Below, piece after piece: positions 6,211-11,200 of a stretch of DNA of 11,200 nt. Under the pieces are notes generated by a model. The model worked only from the letters and a program-made list of their open reading frames with translations. It was not told the DNA's origin and made no database searches. The stretch spans positions 1 to 11,200 of the forward strand of contig JALTLO010000019.1 in NCBI GenBank assembly GCA_027001995.1, written 5' to 3'. Numbering within the stretch: position 1 is the first letter of the stretch; every line of letters begins with the position of its first letter. The position numbers were made by a program, and so were the translations under genes. Source of the DNA: Planctomycetota bacterium. Its GTDB lineage: Bacteria; Planctomycetota; GCA-002687715; DRQF01.

Positions 6211-7710
6211 GTGCAGAATGAGAACATGCTCATCGCCGCCCAGATCAAGAAGACCCTCAATCTCTTGGGGAACCGACGTCTCCTCAGAACATCCACTGGA
6301 AGCCTAAGCGCCGAACAGATTCTTCAAGGGAGCACTTCTTGGCACCGTTTCTTAGACCAATTGGAGATCGCCCCAGGGGAAAGAATTGCCCTTATCTTAC
6401 CCAACACAGAAAACCTCGTGCTCGTTCACACGGGCAACCTGTTGAGCGGGCGGGTCACAGTGCCTCTCAATCCGCGGCAAACCCAGGAAGAATTTATCCG
6501 CATCTTCGCAGATGCTGAGCCCAGCTTGGTTGTCGTTTCCGCCTCAGCTAACCCCACGGTTCGAGCAGCCTTAGCAGAACTTGGCCACTCGCCTCATATC
6601 CTAGATGAAAGTCTTATTCCTTCGGCCATCCATGGGGGCAGTCGATCACCAGAGCCAAAAGCCCCAGGGCTCAAGGCCCACCATCCCGCCATGATCGTTT
6701 ACACCTCCGGCACCACGGGCAAACCAAAAGGGGCCATCCTCACTCAAGGCAACTTGGCTCAATCGGCGGCTTCACTCATCCAGGCATGGGAATTCACCCC
6801 CCAAGACCGACTCCTGCTCACATTGCCTCTTTTTCATGTCCATGGCTTGAGTGTCGGTATTCATGGGATGCTGACTGCTGGGTATGAGGTAGAGTTGCAC
6901 CCCCGATTCGACGCCCCAGCAACTCTGGGGCTCCTGGCCTCCAAGGAGAAGGCCTTCACCCTTTTCTTTGGCGTCCCGACATACTTTCATAGATTCCTCA
7001 TGGAAGAAGATCATCGAGACCTGAGCCACCTTCGCCTTTGCCTCTGCGGGTCAGCTCCCCTCGCTGCGGGCATGCACCAAGAGATCTTGGAACACTTCGG
7101 AATCACACTGATAGAACGCTATGGCATGAGCGAAACTCTCATGAATATCTCAAACCCCATCCATGGCCCAATCCATCCGGGTTTCGTTGGCCAACCGCTC
7201 CCTGGGGTGAAAATCAAGATCGCCGACATGAAAGGGAATGAAGTGGCCCCTGGATTCGAAGGGGAGATCTTAATCCGTGGCCCTCACGTCACCCCTGGAT
7301 ATTGGCGCAACGAAAAAGCAACTACCGCCGCATTTACCCAAGATGGATGGTTTCGCAGCGGCGATTTGGGCCGCTTTGACAGGGACCGCAATAGCTACCA
7401 GATCACCGGAAGAAAAAAAGAACTCATCATCAGCGGCGGTTACAACATTCACCCTCGAGAAGTGGAAGAGTCTTTGGCCGATTTCTGCGGCATAAGAGAA
7501 GTGGCCATTGGCGGACATCCAGACCAAGACATGGGCGAAATTGTCACCGCCTTCATCGTCCCTCAAGACAAAAGCCAAATCACTTTGGAGAAACTGCAAG
7601 ATCACTGCCGCCACCAGATCAGTGCCTACAAGATTCCCCGCAAAATCGTCTTCGTCCAGACCCTACCTCGCAATGCTCTTGGCAAAATACAAAGGAGTCT
7701 GTTGCTGTGA
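6211..7710 (+). CDS. AMP-forming acyl-CoA synthetase, malonyl-CoA synthetase (MatB/ACSF3)-like
   Basis: P-loop YTSGTTGKPKG, LPLFHVHGL, FFGVPT, CGSAPL, ERYGMSETLMNISNP, GWFRSGDLG, GRKKELIISGGYNIHPREVE, LPRNALGKI. The ERYGM..NxSNP segment is MatB-like. Start is GTG 6211 or in-frame ATG 6226. Confidence 0.88.
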   Translation: MQNENMLIAAQIKKTLNLLGNRRLLRTSTGSLSAEQILQGSTSWHRFLDQLEIAPGERIALILPNTENLVLVHTGNLLSGRVTVPLNPRQTQEEFIRIFADAEPSLVVVSASANPTVRAALAELGHSPHILDESLIPSAIHGGSRSPEPKAPGLKAHHPAMIVYTSGTTGKPKGAILTQGNLAQSAASLIQAWEFTPQDRLLLTLPLFHVHGLSVGIHGMLTAGYEVELHPRFDAPATLGLLASKEKAFTLFFGVPTYFHRFLMEEDHRDLSHLRLCLCGSAPLAAGMHQEILEHFGITLIERYGMSETLMNISNPIHGPIHPGFVGQPLPGVKIKIADMKGNEVAPGFEGEILIRGPHVTPGYWRNEKATTAAFTQDGWFRSGDLGRFDRDRNSYQITGRKKELIISGGYNIHPREVEESLADFCGIREVAIGGHPDQDMGEIVTAFIVPQDKSQITLEKLQDHCRHQISAYKIPRKIVFVQTLPRNALGKIQRSLLL

Positions 7711-9158
7711 AGCGCCGTTTATCCCACGTTCTGGCTTCAAGTCTTTTGGCTATCTTGGGCAAGCAACGCTTTCTCAATGACCCGGCCACATTGCACGTAT
7801 ACAACTGTGATGCTCTCACCCACATCCGTGTTACGCCCTTGGCTGTCTGCATCACGGAAACAACCGAAGAAGTCTCCCGGGTGATGCGAGCCTGCTATGA
7901 GGCCCACATTCCTGTCACCCCCCGAGGAGCAGGCACAGGCCTTTCTGGGGGAGCCCTTCCCTGTGCCGATGGCGGCATCATCATCGACACTTCCAAGATG
8001 AAACGCCTCTTAGAAGTCAATGTAGAAGACCGCTACGTCCGGGTTGAAGTAGGCCATGTCAACTTAGATCTCTCCGGCTGCGTTGCCCACCACGATCTTT
8101 TCTACGCTCCAGACCCGAGCAGCCAAATGGTTTGCACATTGGGTGGCAACATCGCCGAAAATTCTGGCGGACCCCATACGCTCAAATATGGTTCGACCGT
8201 TGGCCATGTCTTGGGACTCACAGTGGTACTCGAAGATGGAGAAGTGATTCAACTCGGCGGGGTAAATGGTCCCGTAGGAGGTTACGACTTAGTGGGTGCC
8301 TTCGTTGGCTCAGAAGGCACCTTGGGCGTCGCTACAGAAGTCACCGTCAAGCTCACCCCTATTCCAGAGAAGACCGCCACTCTCTTAGCAGTCTTTGACA
8401 GCCTACCTGGGGCCTGCCGAGCTGTCTCCGACTTGATCGCCGAGGGAGTCGATGCCTCCGCCATTGAGGCCTTAGATCAACTGACGATTCAGGCTGTTGA
8501 GGCCAGCGTCTTTGCTGCGGGTTATCCCACGGACGCCGCCGCCGTCGTCTTGATTGAGTTGGATGGCCACGAGGAAGATGTATCTTATGATCAAGATCGC
8601 GTTCAACTGATCTGCCAAAGACACAAATGTTTGAGTTTTGAAGAAGCCGACGATCCGGTGCGAAGAAAAGAACTTTGGCGGGGGCGCAAAGGGGCTTTCG
8701 GTGCCATGGGTCGCATTGCCCCAGACCTTTACGTCATGGACTGCGTTGTTCCCCGCTCCAAACTCGAAGAGGCCATCGTTGGCATTGCCGCCGTTTGCGC
8801 CACCTTCGATCTCCGCTTAGCCAACGTCTTTCACGCCGGAGAGGGCAACTTACATCCCAACATCAGCTACGATGGTCGAGACCAAGACGAGGTCGACCGT
8901 GTACTCAAAGCGGCAAGAGGAATCGTGCAAGTGTGCTTGGATTTAGGGGGAACCCTCTCTGGCGAACATGGCATTGGTGTCGAGAAACTTGAGTTCATGC
9001 CTCTCCTCTTCGACCAGAACGCCTTGGAATTGTTTCAGGAGTACCGGGATGCCTGGGGTCCCCAAGGACTGCTCAATCCCGGCAAGATTCTCCCAACCCC
9101 CAGAGCTTGCACCGAGACAAAAGGTATCTTCGGAATTCCCGGGGAAGAGACAATATGA
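7707..9158 (+). CDS. glcD: Glycolate oxidase/dehydrogenase FAD-linked subunit GlcD
   Basis: PRGAGTGLSGGA, FYAPDPSSQMVCTLGGNIAENSGGPHTLKYG, GSEGTLG, LWRGRKGAFGA, NVFHAGEGNLHP, GGTLSGEHGIGVEK, LLNPGKILP. SD AAAGGAG 7691-7697; GTGA overlap with the upstream stop; followed by glcE and glcF. Confidence 0.92.
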   Translation: MKRRLSHVLASSLLAILGKQRFLNDPATLHVYNCDALTHIRVTPLAVCITETTEEVSRVMRACYEAHIPVTPRGAGTGLSGGALPCADGGIIIDTSKMKRLLEVNVEDRYVRVEVGHVNLDLSGCVAHHDLFYAPDPSSQMVCTLGGNIAENSGGPHTLKYGSTVGHVLGLTVVLEDGEVIQLGGVNGPVGGYDLVGAFVGSEGTLGVATEVTVKLTPIPEKTATLLAVFDSLPGACRAVSDLIAEGVDASAIEALDQLTIQAVEASVFAAGYPTDAAAVVLIELDGHEEDVSYDQDRVQLICQRHKCLSFEEADDPVRRKELWRGRKGAFGAMGRIAPDLYVMDCVVPRSKLEEAIVGIAAVCATFDLRLANVFHAGEGNLHPNISYDGRDQDEVDRVLKAARGIVQVCLDLGGTLSGEHGIGVEKLEFMPLLFDQNALELFQEYRDAWGPQGLLNPGKILPTPRACTETKGIFGIPGEETI

Positions 9159-10348
9159 GTACCTACGCCGGCCAACTCATCGCCGTCCGCAACGAAGAAG
9201 AACTCAAGAAACTCATTCGACTCTGTGGGGAAGAAGGCTGCCCCATCATCCCCACGAGCAACGAGGGTATGCCTCCCTTGTTACCCGGAGAAGAAAACCA
9301 CTGCGTTGTTAGCTTGGCAGAAATGAATGAAGTTCTGGCTTTCGCCGCCGACGATCTCACCATCACCGTGGGCGTCGGAGCTAAGCTCGCCGACTTACAG
9401 AGGATCGTTGGGGAGGCTGGCCAAAGATTGGCAATCGAAGTCCCCAACCCTAAATCCTCCCCTATGGGGTCAATTATAGGAATGGGGAGCAGTGGTTTCT
9501 TGGGAAGCACCTTAGGGAGCTTGGCGGACCAAGTCTTAGGCATCGAAGCCATCGTCGGGGATGGGCGCAGGCTCATCGGTGGCGGCCGGGTGGTGAAGAA
9601 CGTCACCGGGTATGACTTCGTTCGCCTTTTCTGTGGCAGCACTGGCAGCTTGGGAATCATCACTCAGGCGACGTTTCGCCTGCGACCCCGACCCTTGGAA
9701 GAACGATCTTTCGTCTTAGAGACAAAGGACATGCAAGACGCCATCCAAATGGCCCAGGTCGTAAGGAGATTTCGGCAAACAATCACCGCTTTGGTTATCG
9801 TCGATGGCCAAAGCACCCCAAGGACACAAGAAACACCTTTACTGCTCTTGCGAAGCGAAGGAAGCCCCAAAGCCTTAGAAGCCCTCAGCGCACAAGTCGA
9901 TAAGTTGGCGCAGGACGCCCACAAGCTGAATCAAGTTGACTCCGACCTTCTTTGGCAACAAGCCCGGCAATTCCCTCACGATCAAGACTTCCATCTGAAA
10001 CTCAAACTTCCGCCCAGCAAAGTGGAAGCTTGCGTCAAAGATTTGCGCCAGAAGAACGCTGAAGAAACTTGGGGGCTCGTATGCGACATGCAAGCTGCAA
10101 CCATCTCTTGGACTTTGAATGCCAATCGGGACGTACCAGCCTACCTCCAATCCTTAGACGTCAAAGAACTAGAAACAAAACACATGGCCAACGCTTGTCT
10201 ACCCGATGACTTGGCCGACCGCGAAGGCCGATGGGATCGATTCACCCACCCAGAGGCCGCCGCCAGGAAAATCGGCGATCGCATCAAGATCGCCTTTGAC
10301 CCCGCAGGCATTTTTCTTCCGATTCGCCCCATAGCAGGGAGTTTTTAG
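9155..10348 (+). CDS. glcE: Glycolate oxidase FAD-binding subunit GlcE
   Basis: GGRVVKNVTGYDFVRLFCGSTGSLGIIT (GlcE signature), DLTITVGVG, C-terminal IKIAFDPAGIF. Start revised from 9107 to ATG 9155 (ATGA overlap with the glcD stop). Confidence 0.88.
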   Translation: MSTYAGQLIAVRNEEELKKLIRLCGEEGCPIIPTSNEGMPPLLPGEENHCVVSLAEMNEVLAFAADDLTITVGVGAKLADLQRIVGEAGQRLAIEVPNPKSSPMGSIIGMGSSGFLGSTLGSLADQVLGIEAIVGDGRRLIGGGRVVKNVTGYDFVRLFCGSTGSLGIITQATFRLRPRPLEERSFVLETKDMQDAIQMAQVVRRFRQTITALVIVDGQSTPRTQETPLLLLRSEGSPKALEALSAQVDKLAQDAHKLNQVDSDLLWQQARQFPHDQDFHLKLKLPPSKVEACVKDLRQKNAEETWGLVCDMQAATISWTLNANRDVPAYLQSLDVKELETKHMANACLPDDLADREGRWDRFTHPEAAARKIGDRIKIAFDPAGIFLPIRPIAGSF

Positions 10349-10351
10349 GCC

Positions 10352-11200
10352 ATGCTTGACCGTTCAAAAGAACTGCTCCTGCGTTACGAACAAAGCCTAG
10401 ACTGCATCCACTGTGGCCTCTGCCTTTCAGCTTGCCCCACCTACGAACAGACGGGCAACGAAGCTTTGAGCCCTCGGGGGCGCATTTCTTTGATGCGAGC
10501 TTTGGCAGAAGGGGAGCTTTCCTTCGACGATGGAGTGGAAAACCCAATTATCACCTGCCTCCAATGCCGAGCTTGTGAATCAACTTGTCCTTCCGCTGTC
10601 CAATTCGGGTCGATGATGGAGATCACCCGCCACGAGCTGCATCGAGCAAAGAAACCCTCCTTGGGGCAACGTATCTTCAGTCACTTCTTGCTTAAAAAAG
10701 CCTTGCCCAGTCGCCGATGGATGGCCTTCCTGTCTTTCGCAGCCAGGTGTTACAGAAGTTCAGGTGTATCTCGCCTCCTTCGATTGACGGGAGCTATCCG
10801 TTTACTGCCCGAGACTCTTCGGCGAATGGAATCTGCCCTACCTCAGATGCCTCCCTCCCACGCCCGCCGTCCATTGCCTCTGGTCAATAAGCCAGAACCC
10901 GGGCCGGCGAAAGGGCGGGTCGCCTTCCTGCGGGGCTGTGTCATGCCAGAGCTATTTGGCGACATCAACCGCCAATGCGTTGACGCCCTGGTGGCCCAAG
11001 GTTTTGAGGTGGTGGTCCCGGAGGCTCAGACATGTTGCGGTGCCCTCCACATCCATGGTGGCGACCAAGATTTTGCCAAAGAATTAGCCCGGCAAAACAT
11101 CGCCGCCTTCAAGGAATCCCGTGTCGATTGGATTATCGTCAACTCTGCGGGCTGCGGTGCTGCCATGGCGGAGTATAGCCTTTGGTTCAAGGGCGAAGAA
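10352..11200 (+). CDS. glcF: Glycolate oxidase iron-sulfur subunit GlcF, 3' end outside window
   Basis: Not in the ORF track. Manual translation from ATG 10352 is open for 283 codons to the edge: CIHCGLCLSACPTY...SPRGRI...CLQCRACESTCPS (two 4Fe-4S motifs), then CCG-domain motifs FLRGCVM, QTCCGALH and NSAGCG. Starts 3 nt after the glcE stop. Confidence 0.93.
   Translation, partial: MLDRSKELLLRYEQSLDCIHCGLCLSACPTYEQTGNEALSPRGRISLMRALAEGELSFDDGVENPIITCLQCRACESTCPSAVQFGSMMEITRHELHRAKKPSLGQRIFSHFLLKKALPSRRWMAFLSFAARCYRSSGVSRLLRLTGAIRLLPETLRRMESALPQMPPSHARRPLPLVNKPEPGPAKGRVAFLRGCVMPELFGDINRQCVDALVAQGFEVVVPEAQTCCGALHIHGGDQDFAKELARQNIAAFKESRVDWIIVNSAGCGAAMAEYSLWFKGEE

Noticed and set aside
9163..9663. 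166-aa minus-strand ORF
   Set aside because: Antisense shadow of glcE.

Overview
Bacterial genomic window with nine protein-coding genes; the six-frame track misses two of them because they run off the window edges. Left to right: (1) an Rpn/YhgA-like (Transposase_31) nuclease on the minus strand, truncated by the left edge; (2) a divergently transcribed membrane-anchored coiled-coil hypothetical protein; (3) three co-directional minus-strand genes: an M50 site-2 protease, a membrane-anchored carboxypeptidase-regulatory-like beta-domain protein, and a cN-II/HAD-IG 5'-nucleotidase with a Cys-rich N-terminal tag; (4) a stand-alone secreted protein with an Arg/Asp/His repeat tail, preceded by a sigma-54-type promoter and followed by a clear intrinsic terminator; (5) a tightly coupled operon of a MatB-like acyl-CoA synthetase, glcD, glcE and glcF (glcF truncated by the right edge). 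I saw no rRNA, tRNA, CRISPR array or IS ends. The best leads are the matB-like/glcDEF coupling, a possible SD-sequestering structured leader on the rpn gene, the sigma-54 unit, and an octamer (GCTTTTGG) shared upstream of all three minus-strand genes. All assignments come from reading motifs by eye; no searches were run.
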